Under the pieces are notes generated by a model, which searched no databases, was not told the DNA's origin, and worked only from the letters and a program-made list of their open reading frames with translations. Shown here in pieces: positions 56,701 through 63,845 of a DNA stretch of 64,000 nucleotides. The position numbers and the translations under genes were made by a program. The DNA lies in the sequence record MN850630.1; one strand, given 5' to 3'. Source of the stretch: Escherichia phage naam. Numbering within the stretch: position 1 is the first letter of the stretch; each line of letters opens with the position of its first letter.

Positions 56701-56866
56701 CGCTGTCAACACCTTTTCAAAAAATTTTTCTAACCTGATGCGCTAACCGTTGCAACCTGGCGGGGCCAGCCTGGCAGGACCTAACTGACCAGGTGGGAGA
56801 GGGTGAAATCTTGCAAACCTGGTAGGCCCATGCTGTAGGGTAAACAATTGAAGAGGAGGTACAAAA

Positions 56867-57109
56867 ATGAAAGGTAATGCTACTCACCTGGGAAATGTAG
56901 CGATTAATGACGCTGAGGCTATCACCCTGGTTGAAAAGGCTATGGCGGGAGCGTTGGAACATAAAGAAGAGTACGAAAAAATGATGGTTAACCTGGCAGG
57001 GGCGGCGGCTGGAGAATTCTGCCCAAAAAATAATTCTAACCAATGGTTGACAGCTCGGATAGTTCTGTTATTCTTATCCTCGCAAGGTGAACAACACCAC
57101 ACTAATTAA
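56867..57109 (+). CDS. Early small protein, hypothetical
   Basis: 80 aa ORF with strong RBS gaagaggagg; first gene after the repeat region. Confidence 0.55.
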   Translation: MKGNATHLGNVAINDAEAITLVEKAMAGALEHKEEYEKMMVNLAGAAAGEFCPKNNSNQWLTARIVLLFLSSQGEQHHTN

Positions 57110-57126
57110 CAGAGAGGATAAAAATC

Positions 57127-57324
57127 ATGAACGCCTACGGAATTAAAGTACGTCGCAACACTCGCCAGGCCGTCACCGATCAAATGGTTTGCCAGGTGGA
57201 CGTAACCATCAACAACGGGCAAGGCCTTTATAAATTCCGTCGCGGTCAGAGCTATACCCGGCAACAGCTTAATCGTTGCGCCCTGACAAAAGGCCAGATC
57301 AACCACTGGTTTAATAAAAAATAA
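57127..57324 (+). CDS. Early small basic protein, hypothetical
   Basis: 65 aa; RBS context agaggataaaaatcATG recurs at other early genes. Confidence 0.5.
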   Translation: MNAYGIKVRRNTRQAVTDQMVCQVDVTINNGQGLYKFRRGQSYTRQQLNRCALTKGQINHWFNKK

Positions 57325-57327
57325 GTA

Positions 57328-57356
57328 TTGACATATAGTCCGACACCAAATACACT
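57328..57356 (+). promoter_or_regulatory. Sigma70-like promoter (TTGACA-17-TACACT)
   Basis: Begins 4 nt after the upstream stop codon; A-rich upstream. Confidence 0.6.
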
Positions 57357-57388
57357 AAAAGCACAAAAGACACTAAGAGGATAAAATC

Positions 57389-57787
57389 ATGAAAACCACT
57401 ACCTTTAATTTTGATAATGCGGACTTTTCTTTTTCTGATGTCAAGAACTGCCGCCGTGATCGTGGATTCTACAAGGCTTATAATCTGGTTGGCCTGGACG
57501 ATGACAATAATTTGCACGAAGTAGCTGAGATCCGGTATTATGCCGCCGCCAGCGGGAACACTCACTACTGCGTGTTTTGGATTCACGACAACAAGAACAA
57601 TAAGTACGGTTATACTGGCGGCAAGGCGAGCGGTCACGGTTACGATAAAGCTAACGCAGCACTTGAGAGCGCATTAAATGCTATGGGGATCACTGCCGAC
57701 GGCTGGATCTACGAAGAAGAGTTTTTGTCGGCACTTGCTGACCACCTGGGCTATAAAAAACACATTGTAACATGCGCCCACGAATAA
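57389..57787 (+). CDS. Early protein, hypothetical
   Basis: 132 aa ORF with RBS aagagga. Confidence 0.55.
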   Translation: MKTTTFNFDNADFSFSDVKNCRRDRGFYKAYNLVGLDDDNNLHEVAEIRYYAAASGNTHYCVFWIHDNKNNKYGYTGGKASGHGYDKANAALESALNAMGITADGWIYEEEFLSALADHLGYKKHIVTCAHE

Positions 57788-57793
57788 AAATCA

Positions 57794-57821
57794 TTGACAC
57801 GCTGCAAAATTTAAGTAAACT
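57794..57821 (+). promoter_or_regulatory. Sigma70-like promoter (TTGACA-16-TAAACT) followed by 5'-UTR hairpin
   Basis: Hairpin ggcggga-atgtt-tcccgcc at 57832-57850 between the -10 and the RBS. Confidence 0.6.
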
Positions 57822-57869
57822 AGACACAAAAGGCGGGAATGTTTCCCGCCAGCACAAAGGAAAAAGATC

Positions 57870-58265
57870 ATGAATAAGAACGTACGCCGCATCATGAACG
57901 AACTGGCAAACGATGAAAAAATTATTGATATGCATTTGGTCAACATTTGCCGCCGTTGTGTAACATATAACAACCGCGCCGCAAAAGCGCGTGAGATGAA
58001 CGCAAAAGGCACCTTAAAGCCCTTTCAGGTGGTTGTAAAATCTATAACTAGCGCAGCAGGCCAGGCGCAGGACCACAACAACGAGAGCGCTAATATTGAT
58101 CCGTCTTACGTAATGAAACGGATCCGGACTTGCAAGAATAAAGAGCAGGTATATAACGTCATAGATTGGCTGGACTCCCTGGGCGATGTGGTTTACAATA
58201 GGTTTTCTGCAGCTATCGAGATCCAGCTTGACAGATTGGACGGGAAAGTACTAAAAACTTATTGA
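57870..58265 (+). CDS. Early protein, hypothetical
   Basis: 131 aa ORF with RBS aaggaaaaag. Confidence 0.55.
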   Translation: MNKNVRRIMNELANDEKIIDMHLVNICRRCVTYNNRAAKAREMNAKGTLKPFQVVVKSITSAAGQAQDHNNESANIDPSYVMKRIRTCKNKEQVYNVIDWLDSLGDVVYNRFSAAIEIQLDRLDGKVLKTY

Positions 58266-58313
58266 GTTTATTTTTAGATGGCCTTGACACCAGGGCCATC
58301 AATAAAGTAAACT
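58266..58313 (+). promoter_or_regulatory. Repeated 47-bp element, copy 1: palindrome GATGGCC-N10-GGCCATC around TTGACA, then TAAACT
   Basis: Starts right after the upstream stop; palindrome arms at 58277-58283 and 58294-58300; -35 at 58284-58289; -10-like at 58308-58313. Confidence 0.6.
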
Positions 58314-58345
58314 AACCACAGTTGAGCGGAAAAGGAGGCTTAAAG

Positions 58346-58465
58346 ATGAGCACTACACGCCAGCACACAAAGGTAACCATCATCGTTTGCATCATTGGGT
58401 ACATCCTGGCGCAAATGTTGATGGGTAGCGCCAACGGTGTCGCAAAATTTTTCTTAAACTTTTAA
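58346..58465 (+). CDS. Small hydrophobic peptide (39 aa), hypothetical
   Basis: Not in the ORF track; ATG after RBS aaaaggagg; product MSTTRQHTKVTIIVCIIGYILAQMLMGSANGVAKFFLNF has one predicted TM helix. Confidence 0.4.
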   Translation: MSTTRQHTKVTIIVCIIGYILAQMLMGSANGVAKFFLNF

Positions 58466-58493
58466 TTGACAAGCTAACTTAAATCGATATAAT
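58466..58493 (+). promoter_or_regulatory. Consensus sigma70 promoter (TTGACA-16-TATAAT)
   Basis: Followed by a small 5'-UTR hairpin (gggaa...ttccc) and the strong RBS of the acidic protein gene. Confidence 0.75.
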
Positions 58494-58544
58494 AAGCACA
58501 TAAACGGGAAAACTTCCCAGAACACACAAAAGGAGAAAAACACC

Positions 58545-58886
58545 ATGACTACTATGACCGCCTCAGAAAAAGCTATGCAGATCGCTGAACTGAAAAAACA
58601 GATCGCAGACCTTGAGAATAAGATCGATAACTTTGAAATCGACGAGGACAAGTACGACGAAAACTATGATGAATGGTTAGACGAGATCTACGGCGAAATT
58701 ATGATCGGAAACATTTCTTTTCTTCCGTCGCGTATCCTCAAGGAGCTAGATCCTATCGCTTACCGCTGCGGATTTAGCGACTACATCGACAGCCTGGATA
58801 TTGAGGACGATGAAGAATACCAGGAATTACAGACAGAGTTAGAAGAAGCAAAAGAAGAGCTTGCGGAGCTGGAAGAAAACGAGTAA
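58545..58886 (+). CDS. Highly acidic 113-aa protein, candidate DNA mimic / anti-restriction (Ocr-like in concept)
   Basis: About one third D+E by hand count, very few K/R, coiled-coil-like segments; behind a perfect consensus promoter. Confidence 0.5.
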   Translation: MTTMTASEKAMQIAELKKQIADLENKIDNFEIDEDKYDENYDEWLDEIYGEIMIGNISFLPSRILKELDPIAYRCGFSDYIDSLDIEDDEEYQELQTELEEAKEELAELEENE

Positions 58887-58934
58887 GCTTATTTTTAGAT
58901 GGCCTTGACACCAGGGCCATCAATAAAGTAAACT
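58887..58934 (+). promoter_or_regulatory. Repeated 47-bp element, copy 2
   Basis: Identical core ttatttttagatggccttgacaccagggccatcaataaagtaaac immediately after the stop codon. Confidence 0.6.
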
Positions 58935-58975
58935 TTATACTGTTAACACTGAACTAATGCATAGGAGTTAAAACC

Positions 58976-59221
58976 ATGGCAGCACTAATCACCAAATATT
59001 ATGCCCCTACCAACACCAAAAGCGCCCGTATCATGGTAAAAGGCTTCGGACGTAAAAAGGTGTACACCTGGGATTATGCCTTAGACACGGAAGACAACTA
59101 CACCAACGCGATGACCGATTTTATTAATGATCTGAACACGCGGATCTTGACAAATTATAAAATTACCGATATTGCCTATATAGGGGAAGGCGGGATCTGT
59201 TTTGTCGGTATCGTCAAATAA
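58976..59221 (+). CDS. Early protein, hypothetical
   Basis: 81 aa ORF with RBS aggag. Confidence 0.55.
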   Translation: MAALITKYYAPTNTKSARIMVKGFGRKKVYTWDYALDTEDNYTNAMTDFINDLNTRILTNYKITDIAYIGEGGICFVGIVK

Positions 59222-59296
59222 GCTGTTTTTTCGGTGGTCCTGGTAGCAGGGCCATCTATAAAGATAGTTTATCAATACAATGAAAGGAGAAAGTAC

Positions 59297-59650
59297 ATGA
59301 TCAGCGGGGCAAGTTTTATTATTGGCGCTATTGCTACGGCTTTAATTGTAAACAAGATCCAATCTAAAAACGAAAAAGATAGCAACGCCCTTACAGAATA
59401 CCCGTTTTGGGTATTCAACGACAATGAAGACTATATTATCAAGTACAAGAATGAGAAGGGCGACCAGGTAACACCGCGACCGATCCCGGCTTACAAGATG
59501 CAAGAAACACTATACCGCCTAAAGGCTGGAGGCGCAAAAATCGTAGACTTTTGGGGATACGATCACACAGATCAGGAAGTTATAAAGCGCCGTATCCGGG
59601 CTATTCAGGCCAATATTGAAGTTAGCAAGGGGGGAATATATGAAGATTAA
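59297..59650 (+). CDS. Early protein with N-terminal transmembrane helix, hypothetical
   Basis: ATG at 59297 with RBS aaaggagaaag (track start 59234 lies in the degenerate repeat copy); MISGASFIIGAIATALIV. Confidence 0.5.
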   Translation: MISGASFIIGAIATALIVNKIQSKNEKDSNALTEYPFWVFNDNEDYIIKYKNEKGDQVTPRPIPAYKMQETLYRLKAGGAKIVDFWGYDHTDQEVIKRRIRAIQANIEVSKGGIYED

Positions 59651-59837
59651 TTTTGAGAAGATTGTAAAGCGATCTCATGATTCCGAAGAGCTGCCGGAAC
59701 GCCGCCAGCGCAACAATAAACTGAATAAGCCAAAAAGATTTGGGAAGATCTGGCGGAATCATTATGATCGCAAATTACCGGGCCTGCTTTTGGAACGTGA
59801 ACGACAGGCGGAACGATACCGCCACAAAGGCAAATAA
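59640..59837 (+). CDS. Small highly basic protein, hypothetical
   Basis: ATG at 59640 with RBS aagggggga (track start 59616); Arg/Lys-rich. Confidence 0.45.
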   Translation: MKINFEKIVKRSHDSEELPERRQRNNKLNKPKRFGKIWRNHYDRKLPGLLLERERQAERYRHKGK

Positions 59838-59845
59838 CAACCAAC

Positions 59846-59874
59846 GCCCCGCCATTGTGCGGGGCTTTTTATTT
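59846..59874 (+). terminator. Rho-independent terminator
   Basis: gccccgc-cattgt-gcggggc followed by tttttattt. Confidence 0.8.
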
Positions 59875-60018
59875 CTATCCTACGAATAGCGCCCCTGGTT
59901 GGCCCTGTAAGCGCCAAAAAGGCCCCACCTATACAATCGCCCCCCTTTAACCTGAAAACATCGCTTAGGGCCGTTTTATGGCGTTAAAAATATCATTGAC
60001 AGTGATTTTATTTAAAGC

Positions 60019-60046
60019 TTGACATCTTAAACAGGTTAGCTATACT
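60019..60046 (+). promoter_or_regulatory. Sigma70-like promoter (TTGACA-16-TATACT)
   Basis: A second TTGACA lies 23 nt upstream (59996). Confidence 0.65.
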
Positions 60047-60078
60047 AACCACATCAAAGAGAGAAAGGAGTAAACGCC

Positions 60079-60339
60079 ATGCGTAAATTAAAAAATTTTG
60101 ATAAAGTTGATGTTGTCCTGAATAATTTTTACTACTGCAACAACAAGGCCATTTGGTGGCGTGATAGTTCCACCGATAAAGTTAAAGCTCGCTTTCTCCA
60201 AGGGCACTGGCAAGGCCGTCCAGTGATTAAAATACTGGGGCAACTGGTAGCGTTTAAAAATTGCCGCCGTGTTGATGACGTTGAAGAGATCTTGAACATT
60301 TTACGCCACAATAATTTAAAAAATAGTGTTGACAAGTAA
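60079..60339 (+). CDS. Early protein, hypothetical
   Basis: 86 aa ORF with RBS aaaggag. Confidence 0.55.
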   Translation: MRKLKNFDKVDVVLNNFYYCNNKAIWWRDSSTDKVKARFLQGHWQGRPVIKILGQLVAFKNCRRVDDVEEILNILRHNNLKNSVDK

Positions 60340-60356
60340 ATCTCGATAAGTATACT
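60329..60356 (+). promoter_or_regulatory. Sigma70-like promoter (TTGACA-16-TATACT) followed by 5'-UTR hairpin
   Basis: -35 overlaps the upstream gene's 3' end; hairpin ggcgggaaaacttcccgcc at 60367-60385. Confidence 0.65.
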
Positions 60357-60413
60357 TAAACACACAGGCGGGAAAACTTCCCGCCACTAACAAAGAAAAT
60401 AGGAGAAAATATC

Positions 60414-61037
60414 ATGACCACCGTTAACATTACCACAGGTTACAATTTATCTTTCGACGTGCTGACCGACGAACAAAAAGAAAAAGCTATTGAAATGGTC
60501 CGCGAAAGAGAAGAACACAGCGGGGATAATTTTTTTGCAGAAAGTGTAATTGAACACTATAAAGAATATGTCTTTCCAGAGTACGGCCTTGAAGATACCG
60601 AAGTACGTTGGTCCGGCTTTTGGTGTCAAGGCGATGGCGCGTCAATCAGTGCTGAAAACGTGGATTTAGAAAAATTCTTGCGTAAAGTAAAGGCCCTGAC
60701 CAAGTTCCGATCAATTCGTCACTTGTTCGGCACAATGCACGATGGCGAGTTATCAGCCAGTGTTGAACGTATCCCGTTTAGCCATTATCATCACGAAAAC
60801 ACAATAGGAGGGTGCATCGATACTAATTGGCTAGACCTGACCACCAAGCAAGAGGACAAAGTTGAAGAGCTGGAAGAGCTGATCACCGAGACGGTACGGG
60901 AGCTATCACGCAAGGTTTACGTAGACCTGGAGGAGGCCTATCTTGAACAGTTTACTACCGAAAACCTGATCGGCCTTATTGAAGCCAATGATTGGCGGTT
61001 TGATGTGGATGAATATGGGGAGATGAGTTTTTCATAA
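60414..61037 (+). CDS. Acidic early protein (207 aa), hypothetical
   Basis: ORF with RBS aggagaaaa; D/E-rich. Confidence 0.55.
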   Translation: MTTVNITTGYNLSFDVLTDEQKEKAIEMVREREEHSGDNFFAESVIEHYKEYVFPEYGLEDTEVRWSGFWCQGDGASISAENVDLEKFLRKVKALTKFRSIRHLFGTMHDGELSASVERIPFSHYHHENTIGGCIDTNWLDLTTKQEDKVEELEELITETVRELSRKVYVDLEEAYLEQFTTENLIGLIEANDWRFDVDEYGEMSFS

Positions 61038-61045
61038 ATAAAGTG

Positions 61046-61073
61046 TTGCAATAATCTAAAAACCTGCTATATT
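61046..61073 (+). promoter_or_regulatory. Sigma70-like promoter (TTGCAA-16-TATATT) followed by 5'-UTR hairpin
   Basis: Hairpin at 61084-61103 whose loop contains the ATG wrongly used by the ORF track. Confidence 0.6.
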
Positions 61074-61127
61074 AAAAACTCAAGGGGCGAGATGACTTGC
61101 CCCCCACAAAACAAAGAGGAAAACATC

Positions 61128-61508
61128 ATGAAAAACACTACTAAAGCTATTGACACCGTTATGTTTAACCTGGTTACATTCCGTGAAGATATGAAAGATC
61201 TTCCACGTGAAACAGTGTGCGACCATATCGAAAACTATCGCAAACTAATCAAAGAGTTGCCTTTAAAACGTGACCAGTACGCGGCTAACGCTATGCTTAA
61301 CGCCATGATCAAAAAGATGATCCAGTGTGATTTAACTCTGGCCTATGATTATGCAGGCGGTCGTTTTGCAGTATACAATCAGCCCGTGCCCGGTATGAGC
61401 ACCACCGAAGAATTGCACGCGTTAAATCTGAAACAAGATGTATGGGATAACATGCCCCGCGTGGTGGTGTGGGCAGAAAGCGGAAAGATTTACGGCGATA
61501 ATTTTTAA
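61128..61508 (+). CDS. Early protein, hypothetical
   Basis: ATG at 61128 with RBS aagagga (track start 61092 is in the UTR hairpin loop). Confidence 0.5.
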   Translation: MKNTTKAIDTVMFNLVTFREDMKDLPRETVCDHIENYRKLIKELPLKRDQYAANAMLNAMIKKMIQCDLTLAYDYAGGRFAVYNQPVPGMSTTEELHALNLKQDVWDNMPRVVVWAESGKIYGDNF

Positions 61509-61572
61509 TCAGGTAACAGGCGGCATATTTGCCGCCTTATTGTTAAACAGAACTGCAAAAGAGGTACATAGA

Positions 61573-61944
61573 ATGGAATTTATTATTTTGGCTGTAGTAG
61601 TTGCCTTGTTCAACGCCTGGATCGCTGGCAAGATGGGTAGATCCGCCTTTTTATGGTTTATTATATCTATTTTCCTGGGGGTGGTTGCAACTATTGTACT
61701 TGTTATCCTTGCAATTGTTGACAAGGGGAATAATAGAAAGGGTAAAGTATTTTCAGACCTGTACGACGCTCAAACATTTGTCAACGCCTACTACAGCGAT
61801 CTTCCAGTCTCCCTACGTTGCAGCCTTGCACAACAGGTTTTCGATGAAGCTAAAACCAGAGATCACGCCCATGAGATTTGTTTAACTGAGGCGGATCGCC
61901 TATTTGAGAGGAATAGAAAATATGTGGACCAGCCGTTTAAATAA
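61573..61944 (+). CDS. Small membrane protein (two predicted TM helices), hypothetical
   Basis: ATG at 61573 with RBS aaaagagg (track start 61438 overlaps the upstream gene); MEFIILAVVVALFNAWIAG and LWFIISIFLGVVATIVLVILAIV. Confidence 0.5.
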   Translation: MEFIILAVVVALFNAWIAGKMGRSAFLWFIISIFLGVVATIVLVILAIVDKGNNRKGKVFSDLYDAQTFVNAYYSDLPVSLRCSLAQQVFDEAKTRDHAHEICLTEADRLFERNRKYVDQPFK

Positions 61945-62143
61945 TGCCACGTTAATTAACCCCTTTAGTGAAGATTTGAAGCCAGCCGCCTGGCGGGATG
62001 GATTCAATAACGAAAGCTTTATTTTCAGGCCTGATCTTAAGGAATTTTATAACAATGGATCGAACAACGACAGAGATAATTTTTCTTGTAATGTGCGTGG
62101 TGATAATACTCCTGGGGGCCATTGCAAACCACGTCACTGCTAA
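61922..62143 (+). CDS. Hypothetical small protein (frame uncertain)
   Basis: ATG at 61922 after gagagg; an alternative overlapping frame (61998-62180) encodes a TM peptide, so the assignment is ambiguous. Confidence 0.3.
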   Translation: MWTSRLNNATLINPFSEDLKPAAWRDGFNNESFIFRPDLKEFYNNGSNNDRDNFSCNVRGDNTPGGHCKPRHC

Positions 62144-62163
62144 CAGGAGGAAAGGGGGAGACG

Positions 62164-62283
62164 ATGACACCCAAGGATAAGCCCCGCACCGATAAGGCGC
62201 GCCGTGTTATGGTATGGCTTGAGATCATCGCCCTTGAAATATTGTTAGGCGTAGGGATGTATTTTATCGCTGTAAGTAACTGA
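62164..62283 (+). CDS. Small membrane peptide (39 aa), hypothetical
   Basis: Not in the ORF track; ATG after strong RBS aggaggaaagggggag; hydrophobic WLEIIALEILLGVGMYFIAV; terminator follows. Confidence 0.4.
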   Translation: MTPKDKPRTDKARRVMVWLEIIALEILLGVGMYFIAVSN

Positions 62284-62287
62284 TAAC

Positions 62288-62325
62288 GGCCCCGATCCCT
62301 GGGGCCTAACTTTTCAAATTTTTTT
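62288..62325 (+). terminator. Rho-independent terminator
   Basis: ggcccc-gatccct-ggggcc followed by taacttttcaaattttttt. Confidence 0.75.
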
Positions 62326-62336
62326 CTCCCTGAGTG

Positions 62337-62365
62337 TTGCAATCCGATCCAGAATATGGATAATA
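62337..62365 (+). promoter_or_regulatory. Sigma70-like promoter (TTGCAA-17-ATAATA) followed by 5'-UTR hairpin
   Basis: Shares aatatggataata with the promoter at 63155; hairpin gggga-gacac-tcccc at 62375-62389. Confidence 0.55.
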
Positions 62366-62423
62366 ACAATCAACGGGGAGACACTCCCCACCGCATAGAC
62401 AAAGTTCCAAAAGGAGAAACAAA

Positions 62424-62624
62424 ATGAGCAACAATATCCGCGTTATTAACTTCAAAAAAGAAGAAAAAATTGCCGTGCTGATTGACGGTCAAGAAATCTT
62501 TAAAGGTGATTATGAAGATCATCAAACGGCGATTAGTATCACTCGCGTGATTGGTTACCATAATTTTTACCCTCAAGGCGCTGAGGCAGCAGTAAAACGA
62601 ATTAAAGAGATTGTAGGCCTGTAA
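62424..62624 (+). CDS. Early small protein, hypothetical
   Basis: 66 aa ORF with RBS aaaggagaaa. Confidence 0.5.
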   Translation: MSNNIRVINFKKEEKIAVLIDGQEIFKGDYEDHQTAISITRVIGYHNFYPQGAEAAVKRIKEIVGL

Positions 62625-62673
62625 AATTTATTTTTAGATGGCCTTGACTCCAGGGCCATCAATAAAGTAAATT
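62625..62673 (+). promoter_or_regulatory. Repeated 47-bp element, copy 3 (TTGACT variant)
   Basis: Palindrome arms at 62637-62643 and 62654-62660; immediately after the upstream stop. Confidence 0.6.
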
Positions 62674-62715
62674 TAAACCCTGTTAAAATAATCAGTGCAA
62701 AAAGGAGTAATGATC

Positions 62716-63015
62716 ATGTTTATCCAGGCTAATAATCTTTATTTCTTTGATGGTCAGATCGTAGACGGCGTGGAGGTGGAAATAACCGGGTGCCCTGGCG
62801 GTCAGGTTATGACTTTTCGGAATAATGCCTTTGATGATTCTCATATCGTTATGAGAATGGAAGTTAGTAAGCTGGATGACAAGAAAACACTTATCGACTA
62901 TTCCGTCAAAGATCATCCAGACTACCACATGATCTATGGTGATTTGTGCATTGTTGACCGTGACAAGGTGAACGGCATTGTTATAGCCATTGTGAACGAT
63001 GTTTTCTCTGAATAA
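62716..63015 (+). CDS. Early protein, hypothetical
   Basis: ATG at 62716 is 8 nt after RBS aaaggag (track GTG start 62695). Confidence 0.5.
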   Translation: MFIQANNLYFFDGQIVDGVEVEITGCPGGQVMTFRNNAFDDSHIVMRMEVSKLDDKKTLIDYSVKDHPDYHMIYGDLCIVDRDKVNGIVIAIVNDVFSE

Positions 63016-63154
63016 TTCCGGCAAATGATGCAAAATAAGGCCCCTAGCAGGGCCTGCAGCGATATAATCACATAAAGGCTATGCGGTTGCATGGCCTTTA
63101 TTATTTTAGCGTTACAGCGGCCCCAAGGCGCTTAAAAAATTTTTAAAGAAGTAC

Positions 63155-63183
63155 TTGCATCAAGTCCTACAATATGGATAATA
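63155..63183 (+). promoter_or_regulatory. Sigma70-like promoter (TTGCAT-17-ATAATA) followed by 5'-UTR hairpin
   Basis: Hairpin ggggg-cgg-ccccc at 63195-63207. Confidence 0.55.
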
Positions 63184-63239
63184 GGACGTGTCAGGGGGGC
63201 GGCCCCCAATCATTAACCGGATAGATAGGAGTTAAAATC

Positions 63240-63524
63240 ATGGCTATTGTCACCGTTGGCGATGTAGTGGAAATGGAAGCAAAATACTTAAAAGCGGGTA
63301 TGCATATCCTACGGAATGATCAAGAATTGTTATTAACGATGGTAGACTATAATCCCGGCCAGGATTATCCAAGCATCGACTACTTTTTTGAGTATGTTGA
63401 TGAAGAATTGAAAGAGGATGAGACTTATCAGGGTGAATTCTGCAATTTCTTTTGCCCTGATGAGGTTGTAAAAGTTATCTATCAACCTGGCGTACCTTTC
63501 CCGCTGCACGCTATCAATAAATAA
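63240..63524 (+). CDS. Early protein, hypothetical
   Basis: 94 aa ORF with RBS aggag. Confidence 0.55.
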   Translation: MAIVTVGDVVEMEAKYLKAGMHILRNDQELLLTMVDYNPGQDYPSIDYFFEYVDEELKEDETYQGEFCNFFCPDEVVKVIYQPGVPFPLHAINK

Positions 63525-63555
63525 ACCTGGCGGGGCCGAAAAGGCCCCCGCCTGA
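63525..63555 (+). other. Strong GC hairpin without U-tract (ggcggggcc-gaaaa-ggcccccgcc), contains third copy of 13-mer ACCTGGCGGGGCC
   Basis: Immediately after the stop of the 63240 gene; possible RNA stability or processing element or weak terminator. Confidence 0.45.
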
Positions 63556-63586
63556 AATTATGAAAAATAAAAAGAGGCAAACTATC

Positions 63587-63817
63587 ATGATGGAACAAAT
63601 TAAACGCGCTGAGGCTATTAATGGCAATGTGATCTATTTTGTCAGCAATAACGAAAAAGGCGTACCATATGCGGCGGTAATAGTACAGCCTGACGGCAAT
63701 TATTGGTTTACTGTATACGGATCTTATTCTTTCGGGCGTCCGGTGCATGATAGAATTTTAAAAGTAGCGAACCCAACCGGGAAGAATATCACAGCAGAAA
63801 AATTTTTTGAAAAATAG
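63587..63817 (+). CDS. Early protein, hypothetical
   Basis: ATG at 63587 with RBS aagagg (track start 63560). Confidence 0.5.
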   Translation: MMEQIKRAEAINGNVIYFVSNNEKGVPYAAVIVQPDGNYWFTVYGSYSFGRPVHDRILKVANPTGKNITAEKFFEK

Positions 63818-63845
63818 TTGACATGGCCTTATAAGACTGTAGAAT
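63818..63845 (+). promoter_or_regulatory. Sigma70-like promoter (TTGACA-16-TAGAAT) followed by 5'-UTR hairpin
   Basis: Starts right after the upstream stop; hairpin ggggc-aa-gcccc at 63856-63867. Confidence 0.6.

Noticed and set aside
56459-56746. 95-aa ORF in the ORF track spanning the duplicated element
   Set aside because: Lies wholly inside the repeat region, has no RBS, and the translation is low-complexity Pro/Gly/Ala-rich sequence produced by the GC-rich repeats.
56688-56830. Cluster of CCWGG (Dcm-type) sites suggesting a methylation-related signal
   Set aside because: CCWGG pentamers are not rare at this GC content; the local cluster comes from the repeated ACCTGGCGGGGCC-type words, already reported as repeats.
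61998-62180. 60-aa alternative-frame ORF encoding a hydrophobic peptide
   Set aside because: Overlaps both the 61922-62143 candidate and the better-supported 62164-62283 peptide gene, and its start has no RBS. It cannot be excluded, so the 61922 call carries low confidence.
58266-62673. Possibility that the three 47-bp repeats are a CRISPR array
   Set aside because: Only three copies, irregularly spaced by 0.6 and 3.7 kb, each at a gene boundary and overlapping promoter hexamers. No cas genes and no repeat-spacer periodicity.
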